From positions 50,904,001-50,968,000 of the forward strand of contig CM052816.1 of assembly GCA_028534125.1 (NCBI GenBank): a stretch of DNA of 64,000 nt, given 5' to 3'. Both the position numbers and the translations under genes were made by a program. The notes beneath the pieces are model-generated. The model was not told the origin of the DNA. It was given only the letters and a program-made list of their open reading frames with translations, and made no database searches. Source of the DNA: Lama glama. Its lineage: Eukaryota. Shown here piece after piece: positions 50,115 to 62,045 of this stretch. Each line of letters starts with the position of its first letter. Position 1 is the first letter of the stretch.

Positions 50115-50520
50115 AATGTTGTGGTCTGTTCTGCACCAACTGTGATGAGAATACTTTCCTCAGTTTGGGGTACCACTTTTCAATGATGTCCTTTAAATAA
50201 GAGAGAGGACATCCAGAGGAAGAAGGTAGGGAGGGCAAAGACCCTGGAAATCATGACCAACAAAGATTAGTAGAAGATAATCTTAAAAAAAAAAATTAAA
50301 TCACTATGCTACACAGCTGACACTAGTTGAGTATGATAAATCAACTACACTTCAGTAAAAGTAAATAAATAAACATAAAAACAGATTTTAGTACTAAAGA
50401 AGAGGGGGAAAGATGAGCTGAAAAAACTGTAGCTATTGAACCTGAAAAAGGGTCTTGGAAATAGAACACTGATCACTGTATTCAAATATCTGAAGGGCTC
50501 ATTGATAGGCTGAAACAGAA
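50115..50520 (+). mobile_element. L3/CR1 3' fragment interrupted by an L1 3' tip (~50285-50382)
   Basis: tcagtttggggtaccacttt...tccagaggaag...ctggaaatcatgac | ...ttgaacctgaaaaag...gtattcaaatatctgaagggct. Confidence 0.65.
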
Positions 50521-50611
50521 ATTCAGGTAGTATCCAGTAAGAGTAGAGTGGTAACAAAAGGATATAACTCCATATATCAATACTGGCTCCCCACAATGGT
50601 CCAGTGAAATA

Positions 50612-50795
50612 CAGCTGACCCTTGAACAAGGATGGGGTTAATCTACATATAATTTGTAGTCAGCCCTCCACATCTGAGGTTCCTCCAAGTCCATGGATTC
50701 AACCAACAATGCAATATTATTGTATTATTATTGAAAAATATGCACATGTAAGTGGACCTGTGCAGTTTCAACTCACATTGTTCAAGGGTCATCTC
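50612..50795. mobile_element. Tigger2/MER8-type MITE
   Basis: TIRs cagctgacccttgaacaa and ttgttcaagggtcatctc, flanked by TA at 50610-50611 and 50796-50797. Confidence 0.88.
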
Positions 50796-51504
50796 TATAT
50801 TCATTTGCCAGAAGAGAAAAATTCTGCTTTACCTATTTAAAATAGGATGTTACTGCATTAAATGAATTGTTCAAATTGTGAAAGAGATCACAAATCTATT
50901 TGTTCTGAGACAGCAGGTAAATAACATGTAAAGATAACAATTCAAAACAACAAAAATCTACGTGCACCGTTGCATAGATCACATTTGACCTATCTCGCTG
51001 ACTACACACTCTTACCCATGTACCCTAGGGCTCTGGGAGAAAAGTTATGGATGAGCCACTATTAAAACAGGTTTAAAGCAGAAAGTAGGACTGTTATCAA
51101 TTAAGGTTATGCATCTCTTTTTTAGTGATCCTCTAAGTCCCAAATTTAGCATTTTATCAGTGCAAATACTGTCTTGCTCTAGGTGAATATAAGGGAAGAG
51201 AGGAAATCAGAAGAATGAGGTTAGGGAAGACTTCATTCTCTGGGACTTTGTGGGTATAAAAGGACTTAGAACCTAGAAGGGAAAAAATTTACTTCACATA
51301 AATCAAATAAAACAAGACTGCTGAAGGCAGAGCATTAAGAATCAACATCAAGCTGCCCATCACCCAGGCAATTCCACAAAGCTGATCTGATCTGCTGCTG
51401 CAGTGCAGTAGTCATGGGGCTGAGCGGTGAGGTGAGGCCATTATGGAAAAGACAGAAGTAGACCAATATGGAAAAAATTGAGTTCAAGCAAGAGTTAATA
51501 TAAA

Positions 51505-52270
51505 TATAAAACACCAAGGCCTCAATTAATAAATGGTCAAAAGGCATGAACAGTGAGTTCACACAAGGGAACTACAAATAAGAATCAAACATATGGAAAC
51601 ACATTCAATCTTATAATTTGCAGTTAAAAAAAACTGCAAATGAAAACAGTAATAAAACAGTTAACCAAAATTTTACAAAAGAATAAACATAATCTGGGCA
51701 AATTTCAGAAAAAATAAGAGTGTTCATACATGGTTTATAGCCTTGAAAATTTGTATGAGCTTTTTGGAGGGGGACTTAGTAATACATTCACACACACACA
51801 CTGTATGTACATGTGCACACATATATGTACACACACATATATACATAAATTGATCATAACCTTTGGCCCATTATGACCCGAATTTCTCCAAAAGAAATAA
51901 CTGAGAAGAAAAAAGTCATTTGTACAGCAGCATTTATAACCATTATATTAGTGAAAAACTGGAAATGGTCCAATCATTCTTCTGTTATTGGGCATGTAAT
52001 TATGGTGCATAATCAATAAAACATTATGTGCTCATTATAAACAAAATAGAAAGACTATGGAATAACATGAAACTGTTTAGGAAATATTAGGTAAAAACAT
52101 AGGTCACAGAATTGTATAGACACTTATTACAGCCATGTAAAAAATATACCATATGTGGATAAATTGGAACATAAATACTAGGAAAGGAAAAACAATCCTA
52201 TCAGGATATTGGTTACATGTGATTTCTTTTCCTTGTTCTTTTTAATGTTGTTTTTAACATTTTTAATGAT
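51505..52270 (+). mobile_element. Old L1 (L1ME-like) 3' fragment
   Basis: aaatggtcaaaaggcatgaacagtgagttcaca...tgcaaatgaaaaca...tttttggagggg...gtgaaaaactggaaa. Confidence 0.75.
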
Positions 52271-52587
52271 ATTTTAACAAATTCTTTTTTGTTAAGGAAC
52301 TGGGGGATGTTAAAGCTTTTTTACATTGGGAATGTACATGGTGAAAGCAGGATTGACTGAAGGATTAAGAGCCCAAGAGATACAGTCCAAGGAGTAGGCT
52401 GGTGACATCCACACTCTAGAATGACAAGGGGTTGGGTCAGATTACAGAGTGAGAATAGAAAATAAAGGGTGATAACAGATTTTTTTTTTCTTAAAGCAAC
52501 AACAGAATTGTTTCTGACAGAAAAATGGGTGACCCCATCTTCTCTAGTGTTGATGACTAATGACTAGATTAGATGTTACAAGTTTAA

Positions 52588-52865
52588 TCATTTATTCCAC
52601 AAACATTTATTGAGTACCAAGTTCTGAGGCTTAAAGACAGTTTCATACTCTTGTGGAGATTATAATCCATCCCAGCGGAGGAAGAAGAACAATAGATTCA
52701 TGACAGATTACAAAGAGAAAGATAGACAAAAATATTATATGGTGTTAATTGCTATGAAAAAATGATGCCTGAACAAGGGTGTGGATGGTGGAAATAGAGA
52801 TAAGTTAACTGGTCAGAATCTGTACTGAAGGCAGAGTCTATAGAACTTCTGACTCATTGGATAGC
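52588..52865 (-). mobile_element. L2 3' fragment
   Basis: tcatttattccacaaacatttattgagtacc is the antisense L2 tail; ...gaaggcagagtctatagaactt...ttggat. Confidence 0.65.
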
Positions 52866-53824
52866 AAGGCCACTGGAGGGGAACGAGTCCTGAAGAGGAA
52901 GCAAAGTGAAAAAAGAAGACTCAAGGACTCCAATTGAATGGAAAGCTGCCCCAAAGGACACGCAGCCAGAACTGATGCTGTAAGCAAGCACTGGTAGCAG
53001 CAAGTAAAGACCAGAGTGGGAAGACTTTACTGTTCAGTCTATCTACCCAAGCCAGTCATTCCAGAGTGCTTTCTCACTGAGAAAAGGAAGAGCACCATGT
53101 TGCACCAGAAAGACTGCTGGGTCATGAGTTAATTAGAGATCTTGAATTGTAACCAGCTTACAGCTTCTGGAGAAAGATATGGCCTGGTTTACATAATGTT
53201 TAAAGCAACAAGGTCTAGGAATCCAACAGCCTTTTATGTACGACCTCATTGATCCCCACAAAAATCAATCAAGCTTCTGATATCTATATTGACAAGCCAT
53301 AAAAAAATAAGCCTTCTTGCGTTTGCTTTTGTTTTATTCTCACGGGAAATGCTCAGACCAAAGGGAAAATACCTAAAGACCACCATCACACTATTTTTCT
53401 CTTATTTCCATTTTTAGAAGGACATTGAGATTTCACAGTGGCCTGAAATTCTGAGTAAATTTCATTGTTTAGAGCTACTCCATGCTTCATTTGGGAATCT
53501 TAGTTCCCCAAACTATAAACTTTTAATTGTTTCTGGAGAACAAACAGCACTTGGATAAAATATCTAGACTAAAATAACCTATCCCTCCTACTAAGTAAAA
53601 GGCATTCTACACAACATTTGGAAAGTCATACTTGCCAGCTTCTTGACTCCAACCCTAAAACTTGCTCTTAAAAAAAATGTTCTAAAACATCAGGAGCAAA
53701 AAGACACTTTTAGCAAAGTTTCTCTATAAATTAATTTTATATTTGGACACACAATTGGATGATCAAGACAACCCACAGAAGTACTTTTAAGATATTTTTT
53801 CAACTGTGAGATTTTAACCAGACG

Positions 53825-54050
53825 AAAGGATCAGGAGACTGAAAAAAGAGCTTTCACCACATAGGTCATTGGTTCAAACCCAACCCAACTCAGTGGGAAA
53901 GCAATTACCATCTGCTGATCTTTATGAAATGGACTAGTGGGCTAAATTCAATTTCTAACAAGGAAAATAAACAGCTACAATTGTTGGGAGCCTAGATGAG
54001 GGGCCAGGGATTCATCAAGTTGTTTCATGTCAGGATTGATACACATCAGA
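53825..54050 (+). mobile_element. LF-SINE relic (ancient tRNA-derived SINE)
   Basis: Colinear blocks matching the recalled LF-SINE consensus: ctttcacc, ggtcattggttcaaaccca, gaaagcaattaccatctg, tgaaatg..tagtgggct..ttcaatttcta, ttgttgggagcct, ggccagggatt, gtcaggattgatacacat. Confidence 0.72.
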
Positions 54051-54140
54051 AATGCTACATTGCAGAACTGAGAATTTTCATCAACAATACACAAGAATAC
54101 AAAAAAAAAAATCAAGGAAATTCATGAGCATTTACTTATC

Positions 54141-54230
54141 TATATATATGTACATCTATGAGTGTGTGTGTATATATACATACATACACATATATACATG
54201 AATATGTATGTAAATATGGATATACACACA
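54141..54230. repeat. TA/CA/TG-rich low-complexity tract
   Basis: Alternating purine-pyrimidine run seen directly. Confidence 0.8.
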
Positions 54231-54369
54231 TTTCTTTTGAAATAACTACAAATATTAAGACTTGTAAGCAAACTTAAAGATTCATGACAGATAGTTCTAT
54301 ACCCCTCACCACTCACAGAGAATACATCCCTAGACATTCAAGAATCCCATATTCACAAATGCACCTCTT

Positions 54370-54523
54370 GAGGGAGGGTATAACTCAGTGGTTGAGCGTG
54401 TGCATAGCATGCATTGAGGTCCTGGGTTCAATCCCTAGTACCTCCATTTAAATAAAAAAATAAGCCTAATTACCCCCCCCAAACAAACAAAAAATTTAAA
54501 AAATAATTTAAAAAACAAAAAAT
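54370..54523 (+). mobile_element. tRNA-derived SINE (camelid Vic-1-like)
   Basis: gggagggtataactcagtgg...gcatgcattgaggtcctgggttcaatccctagtacctcc...cctaattacccc, then A-rich tail. TSD ca(a/g)atgcacctctt at 54356-54369 and 54524-54537. Confidence 0.92.
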
Positions 54524-55229
54524 CAGATGCACCTCTTGCATGTATTACCTCCCTTAAAAGCACTATGATATAAATGAAAAAACTGAAGCAACTCCATTAG
54601 GCCCTTCACTGAAATGTTTCTATGTGCTCCTAGCTTTTTCCACATTCCATTTCCATTAAGAGTCATATGTTTCCTGCCCATAGCCTCACACCACAAGTTA
54701 ACTGCCTTTTCCACTTTCCCTGAAGTTTAATTCCCTCTTTGTTGAACAATTCTTGAGCTGGCTGGAACACTGGCTAGAGTTGTTTTATGAAATGCTGTTG
54801 TCTTGTTATCCTAGCAAAATTAATAAACTTCAGGGCCACAGGACTTAGCCAAGCCCACAAAGTTAAATTAGTAAGGGTTCCCTGTAATGTACCATTTTGC
54901 TAAGTTGGTAACTTAACTCAGGCACATTATGTAGGGAGGAGTCCTTAGTCAGTGAGTGAGACCAGCTGATTACTCAATCTTTTCCCCCTCGGTGCAGCTT
55001 TTTATTTTCTTTATTTGTCTTTAGTAGCACGCACTTAAATTTTGCTGCATGCTATGGCACAAAAATATTTATAGTACTATTGAAGACCTACAGGTTCTGG
55101 AAGTCTTAGGAATCTATTCCTAATGAATGTCAAAGACCTGCAGATTCAAGTACTTCCTCCTCTCCTAATAACTGGCTGAAAGGTGGTTAAGGAAATGGAC
55201 AGACCAATGCCTAAATGGGACTATTGGAA

Positions 55230-55415
55230 GAATGAAGGTGCTGTTACTAAGAAGAGAGAAATTTTTAGGAGGAAATGAAAATTTCAGTTTTAGACATCTT
55301 GATTTTTAAAGTTTGTTGTGACAGCTAGAAAAAAAGATATGCAATAGGAAGATTAATCTTTAGAGAAATACTGGAAAACAACCTAGAAATTTGCATATCT
55401 TCAGGATAGAGGTAA
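55230..55415 (-). mobile_element. L2 fragment
   Basis: ggtgctgttactaagaa...tttcagttttagacat...aagtttg...tagaaatttgcatatcttcaggatagagg. Confidence 0.6.
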
Positions 55416-56550
55416 AGGCTGAGGTTGGGATCAAGGATGTAGAAAATGGCTCTTCTGAAGTCCAGGCAAACCCAGTTCTTCATGAACTTCCTGTGTGTTG
55501 AGGGTTCAGGATTCAAAGGCTCGGTCACAGTTTAAGATGTCAAATTTGCATTCACTGTTTTTCTTTGTATTTACATCTTTTTTCCTGAGGACATTTGAAC
55601 TTCATTTTTACACCCTGAAGTGACCACTCAATTCATTAAAAAAAAAAAAAAAAGATAAGCCTTCACCTGACCATTTTAACCATATGACAGCTAAGTCTGC
55701 GAGAATGTTTCTAGGAAGGTGCCACAGTCGATGTCTCTCATTTAATTACGTGTCCACTCCTCCATTTAGCCACCACTACATGGACCTTCAATTTGTCCCA
55801 AAGTTGAGCAGAATTTGATTTAACTGCCAAAATACACAAACCAGTTTCTAAAAGCAAAATGTTAATTAGTCAAGTCATGTCCTGTTTCCTTTTCTTTATG
55901 GGAAGGTTTTTCATTACAAATTCAATTTCTTTAATAGATATAGGGCTATTTAGATTTTTTATTCTGTTTTCTTTTTATTAAGGGTGGTAGTACAATGATA
56001 CCAACTTGAGGAAAAGCTTATATTTTTATAATATCTAACAATAAAGGAGAAAAGGGCTCTCCTTACAAGAAGTCTTTTGTTTAAATCTTCCCTTTCTGTT
56101 GAAAATTAAGCCACCATGAAAGCGAAGCCAAAAAATGTTGGTCTTTCCTTCTAATGCAACACAGATGGACGATGTGCCACTCTGAGGCCATGCAGGGGAG
56201 CAGCATTTCAGCACTGGAAAGGTCACATCAGAATTAAGTTGGTTTCAGTAAAATAAAACCAAATGAAAAACTTTGTGTCCACCCCCTCCAAACCCAATTT
56301 TTTAGGTTCTTCCATAAAGACACAGTCAGGCGCAGAACTGCTGCAGTATTACCTACCACAGGCTCTGCTATTCATAATCTGGAAAGATGCACTGGTTCAC
56401 TGCCCAGAAAATTTCATCACTAAGCACCTTTAGTACTTTCATGAGACACTCTGTGCCTCACCCTCCAGAAAGTGCTCCATGAATGTTGATGGAACAAATT
56501 AACAAACTGAATTACTATTATGCCTTTTCCTCTTGCTGATTCTCCTAAAA

Positions 56551-56657
56551 AGGTGTGAAGAAGCTTAGTTTCAAAGTTTTAGTAATTAATAAGAGTTCTT
56601 TGGTCTGCATCTAATATAGCATAAAACACGTCAGGTGTGAATGAGCCTTCACACCTG
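56551..56657. promoter_or_regulatory. Candidate T-box motif cluster
   Basis: AGGTGTGAA at 56551-56559 and 56633-56641, TTCACACCT at 56648-56656. Motif match only; no functional evidence. Confidence 0.45.
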
Positions 56658-57039
56658 TGTAAGGGTTGGAAGTGCCAACTTTCTTTTTTTTTTTTTATCC
56701 CCACCCCCAAGCACCAACTTTTGCTGTAAGAAATTGTAGTGAATCTGACCTCATGTTACAGCTGTCAAACAAAAGATTTAGAGAGAATTAATTTTGCCCT
56801 TGAAGTGTTTTGATGTGAAGCCATGTCATTTTTACGGGATTTCTTCAGGAATTTATCCTTTGGGGAATTTATTTATAAACTCAACATCTTCCACTTTTAT
56901 AGGTAAATAGGTAGTAAAACTCCTTAATATTTATCCTAAAATTACCTCTCCTTTTTATTCAATTATTCAACAGTTTGTGTAAATCCATTCATATTCAGCT
57001 TATCTATAGTCAGATTCTATATTGTCATCAACTGTTACA

Positions 57040-57248
57040 GTAAAAGAGAGAGGACTTGAAGTCAAGACCTAGATTACTTACTGTGGACTCTTGTTCAGTC
57101 ACTTCACGACTCTAAGCCTCAGTTTCCTTATCTGTCAAATAGACCTAATCTGACCTACACCTCACACAGGGATGATGTGGAGGGGATGGAGTACTAAAAT
57201 CAAAAGACTGTGTAAACTGTAAAACACCCACAAATGCAAGAATATTAT
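57040..57248 (+). mobile_element. MIR SINE
   Basis: agtcaagacctag...agtcacttcacgactctaagcctcagtttccttatctgtcaaat...cctcacacagggatgatgtg...taaactgtaaa. Confidence 0.8.
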
Positions 57249-58138
57249 ACTCCACTGGCCAGCTACCTTATCTCCATCCCTTCTTATTTGAAAGGTGCCC
57301 TCTGTACTTTCCACAGCTCTCCTATGCCCTTCTTGGGTATCTCTCCCTTACATCCCCCCAACTCCACCCCACCCCACCCCTGCAGACACAGCCAGGAGCT
57401 CTTGGAGGGCCATATCAATGACTAGTGCCTCGCATAGTCTGTGGTACGTGGAACGCACTCAATAGATATTTGTTGAATAAATAAATGAAAGAAAGCAAAA
57501 TATGTTAAGTATGGGAGAGCACTTTGAGAAATGCAATTTCTTACATTTGAACAGGGCTTCACAGTTTATAAAGTATATCAAAAAGATTAAATGATTTGCC
57601 GAAACCACCAGTGAGTAACCTCCCATGCTTCACAAATGTAAAGTATTTCCACTTTCTGCACGTGAACAATATTTTCCTTTCTCGACTTTCCACCTCATTG
57701 TTTTCCAAAGCAAATTGAGGAAATGAGAGGACCCCTCCTTCACAATTCACAAAGTGCATTTACCCAGTGTGATCTTCTACATGAATTCCCCCACATCCCC
57801 AATTTTCTTTCTGGAAACCTGGGATTTCTAAAGTCTGTCTGGGAGAGAGGAAGGTGTGAGCCATCCCTTGCCTTCCAGTAAAATGGTCCTCTTCACTTCT
57901 GGATGCTGTCAGTCCCAAGAAGAAAGCCTCCAGAGCCTCTCACTAACCTCCTACATGGTTCTTAATAACTATAGGTCATATGGCTGAAGGAATCGAGCGT
58001 TTAAAGAAGTGAAAGTTCAAAGTGCCAGAATATACAGCTGGCACTTAAGGGCCACAATGAGTGAAAGATTTTATTTGCCAGCCTAGCTGTAGGAAGTAAT
58101 CTTTGTCTTTTATCCGCAAAATTGAACTCGGGGAAATA

Positions 58139-58485
58139 GAGCCATCCCTCGGTATCTGCAGGGGACTGGTTCCAGGACCTTCTTGGATTCCAAAATCTGC
58201 TGATGCTCAAGTCCCTTATATAAAACAGTGTAGTATTTGCATACAACCTAGCATATCCTCCATTATACTTTAAATCATCTCTGGATTAATTTATAATACT
58301 TAATACAATGTAAATGCTATTTAAACAGTTGTAAACACAATGTAAATGCTATGTAAATAGTTGCTTGTGTGTGGTAAATTCAAGTTTTGCTTTTGGGAAC
58401 TTTCTGGAATTTTTTAAAAGATATTTTCAATACATGTTTGGTTGACTCTATGGATGCAGAACTCACAGATATGAAAGGTGAACTG
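58139..58485 (+). mobile_element. Full-length MER2B-like Tigger MITE
   Basis: TA at 58137-58138 and 58486-58487; ccctcggtatc...ggttccaggacc...gatgctcaagtcccttatataaa...ttcaagttttgctttt...ggatgcagaactcacagatatgaaaggtgaactg. Confidence 0.92.
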
Positions 58486-58984
58486 TATTGGTGGGGCTGC
58501 CTCTCAAGCCCCTTTATCAGGGGAGACATTGTAAAGATAAAAATAGACAGGGAGAGAGAGAAAGGGAAGGATGGAGGCAGGGAGAGAAGGATGAAAAAAA
58601 AATACATCTCAAAAATGTATGGCTTCATAAGTGAACAGAGTTTATGGCCTACAAGCTTAGAGAGGAACATTGAAGGATGGCTGCTCCATGATTCTGGAAA
58701 GGAAGGCCACTGCCAATCACCTGCAGAAGAGATGAGGTCATTCAAACACAAGATGCAGTGATCAGGAGCAAAGGATGGAGGAAATTCATGACTGAGCTGG
58801 TGGAAATTCTGAGCAAATGGAGGCCTTTGGGGAATGGCCATTGCAACCCAACTGAGCAAGAGATGCCAAACCTATCTGTTTAATAGTAATTCTATTAGCT
58901 ATTCTGTATTGAACACTCCTGTGTGAAAACCATTTTATAACAACAGCCAACTCTTCTTATGAGTCAGGTTTCTAAGTCCATTGA

Positions 58985-59325
58985 TTATCTCACTTATTCC
59001 TGGTAACAACTCTATGAGGTAGGTACTATTGTCACCATTTTACAGATGAGAAAGGGAGGCAGGAGAGGATTAGGTGATCCCCGAGGTCACCCTGCTTGCA
59101 AATAACAGGGTCAGGACAGGAACCCAGGCAGTTTCACTCCACAGCCCATGTTTCTAATCCTCCATGATGCAGCCTCACTCTCACTATCTCATTTAATCCT
59201 CACAAAGACACAGCCAAGAAGGTATCGTGAGCAAGCTGAGACTGAGAGGTTAGTACCTGCTCAATGTCAGACATAAATGGTGGGGCCAGGATTCAGACCA
59301 GGCCTACTGTAATCCACAGCCCATA
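58985..59325 (-). mobile_element. Two tandem antisense MIR copies (~58985-59175 and ~59187-59325)
   Basis: aacaactctatgaggtaggtactatt...ttttacagatgagaaa...gaacccaggcagt, then tctcatttaatcctcacaa...gagaggtt...ggggccaggattc. Confidence 0.8.
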
Positions 59326-61947
59326 AAGTTGCCCTCCAACACATAATCTGCCCAGGGAAGAAGTATCCATTCCAGAACTATAGATCCCATAAAGGAAATG
59401 GGATTGTTTCTACATTTTTATGTCTCCGACTTCTGAGAGCCAGGTTTGATGTGATGCTTTGGATGAAAAAGGTGTCCACATCCCCAAGTCTCCACTCAGA
59501 AATTACACATTTTCCATGTGGAATGTCCATTAAGATTTTCAGGACTACTCAGGAATCAAAGGCAACATAACAACCTTCCCCTAATTAAAGAAAAGTCTAA
59601 GGAAGGGGCAGCTAACAGACTTCTAATCGAAGAACAGATCCTGTTTTCCATAAAGGCAAACAGGGTTGGATTTATTTCAACAGAACAATATTCTCAGAAG
59701 TCCCCTTTTCAGTAGGTTGCAAAACTAGTGTTCCCCAAGCTCACTCTTGGATATTTCCGATTTCATCTTCCCTTTTATCTCAACTCGGAAGAATTTAGTT
59801 GGTGAATTGCAAGAGTAAAATCTGAAAATGAATAAAGACCCACTTGGGGAAAAGAAAAGTCTTTAACAATACAGGCATATTTGCCTCAGGACTTTACTAT
59901 CTCATTCAGGAAGCACTGACTGTCAATGGTCAGGGCCAGTGATAAAACTGTAAATTAGGAAGACTCTATCCTTTTGTTATCCTTCCCTTCCCCAGCCCTC
60001 ACCCCAGTACACTCAGTACAGCCCAGTACACACACAGCTTCCTTCCAGTGTCCTCAGATTTTAGGTATCCTCATGCTGCTTGGAGGTCTTGCAAGCTCTC
60101 TGCAGACTGCTAACTCAGCTATCCCTACCTACACACACACACACACACAGAACACGCACACCCCCACACCCATACCCCAACAAAGAAGCCATAACACAGA
60201 TAAGTGAGGAATATACTTTTAATTACATGAAATCACTTGGTACATTGCCTAGATGATGGACACCTTATCACCTAGTCACCCACTTGTACTGAGACCAGTC
60301 CTGAAGAGCCCACAGCTCGCAGGAGGCCAATGACTAGCTCAGCCTTTAGCCATACAGAGTGGTGGGTTCAGGCTGCATACAGAAGCATCAGCAAACCTAC
60401 AGTCTAAACATATCGAGACTCTGACAGTGACTGGCAATCCAGTCCACCCCTATCCCACCCTCCCAAGGATCTTTTCTTCTTCATGTCCACTCTCCCCATG
60501 CCTTCTTGCTTTCAAGCAGCCAGAGGACATGATCCTCTGGACTTTGAAGATGAGCAAGAAAAAACTCTCCCCTTTATCTGTGATAGTGCCCGGAATACTG
60601 TCAGCAGTAACCTCTATTCTCCTGTCTCAGAAAAGAGCCCTGTATCACGCTCTTCTGCCACCCATCTCCCCATTCCAAGTGGCTCGCTAGACCCCTTGTG
60701 TGTGTGACCCAGTCAGTGGACAGTGGGGGAAGCCCTGGAGTGATTCATGTTTCCCGGACAGGACAACTCTGCATGGATTCATTCACATACAGTAAACCTC
60801 CCTGTCCCAATAGTGCTAAGATGTCATCTTGGAAAGCTTAGAGTATAACAGACACGGGAAGCCAAGGGTAAGTTCATGAGGAGCAAATGCTTTATTTCAC
60901 ATGGAAACTCCTCAAGCATTATTCCAGAGCATCAAATTCATGGCATTTAAAGCCAAAACTGTTCTAATTAGCTCCATCTTGTACAAAACCACTGGCTACA
61001 AAGAAGATATTTTTGACCTACTTAATTCAAGGGGCTCTGCCTTCATGGGGGAGGATAATTATTTTAATGCTTTGGGCTTTTATGGATATAAATTTTTTTA
61101 AAAAATCCTTCTCCAATTTCAATTTTGTGTTTCATCTCTACCAAACCATAGCCTTAAGAAACATCAGTAAATCTGAATTGAGGACTCTCTTGGTGCAAGT
61201 CTCCATATTAAGGACCAGGAAGATGGGAAAGTGTTTACCTAATATAAGTAGTCAAGGAAAGAATTCAGGCAAGTGTTGATAATTCTGATTCAAAACTAAA
61301 ACTTCCAGACAATTGAAGGAAGAGTAGGGAACTGCTTAATGTTCGAATAAAAAAAAAATTCAGATAAAAATGCCAGTTCTATATCTACAAAGCCAAAATT
61401 CAAGTGTTAGTTATTCAATTGTTTTGGCCCATGCAGATAATAAATCCAGGCTCCAGGAAACCATACAAGAAGAATGGACCAAAATAAGTAGAAATAAATG
61501 GAAAAGCTGAAAAAAGCAGCCCCACCCTATCCACACCCTACCTCCTCTCCCCAACACATGCACATTCATCAGTCTATTTTTTCCCCTAGAAAACCTCCCT
61601 CCTTCTTCCGAATAGAAATAGCTTAGTGTGGTTTATCTAAATAATTCCTTCTCAAAGTCATTTCACTTCAACTTCGTCTACCCAAACTAGATGAGGAGGA
61701 AAAATAATTAAACTGCATAACCATCTGTCTAGGCAGCCACACGAAGGCCGCATTTTCTGTTTGTGTGCATGTGCGGTGAAGGCCTCATTTTTGTACTGCA
61801 GCCCATCTGGTAAGAAAACTGCCATCAGGCAAGGGGGACCTCCCATCAACGCTGAAGTGGATCTCTATCAAAAACATGCAGAGGGAGTCAGAACGTCGAC
61901 ATGCCAACGCCACAACCCCCAGGGACTTTTGGTGTGAGCTACTTTTC

Positions 61948-62045
61948 TATCTACACTCACTCCCAGATGATCTCATCTAATTCCATGACTTTTAATGACA
62001 AACTCTTTCCAAATCTGCACCTCCAGCCAGGGCCACCCCTAGAGC
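61948..62045 (+). mobile_element. L2 fragment
   Basis: tctacactcactcccagatgatctcatctaattccatgacttt...ccaaatctgcacctccagcc. Confidence 0.7.

Noticed and set aside
58380..58859. Overlapping 159-aa and 124-aa ORFs
   Set aside because: They run through a MER2B-like MITE and a purine-rich tract.
60483..60707. Ser/Pro-rich ORF after a pyrimidine tract, with an 8-bp hairpin ccagagga/tcctctgg
   Set aside because: No recognisable homology and no donor or nearby poly(A) signal; the hairpin is short enough to be chance.
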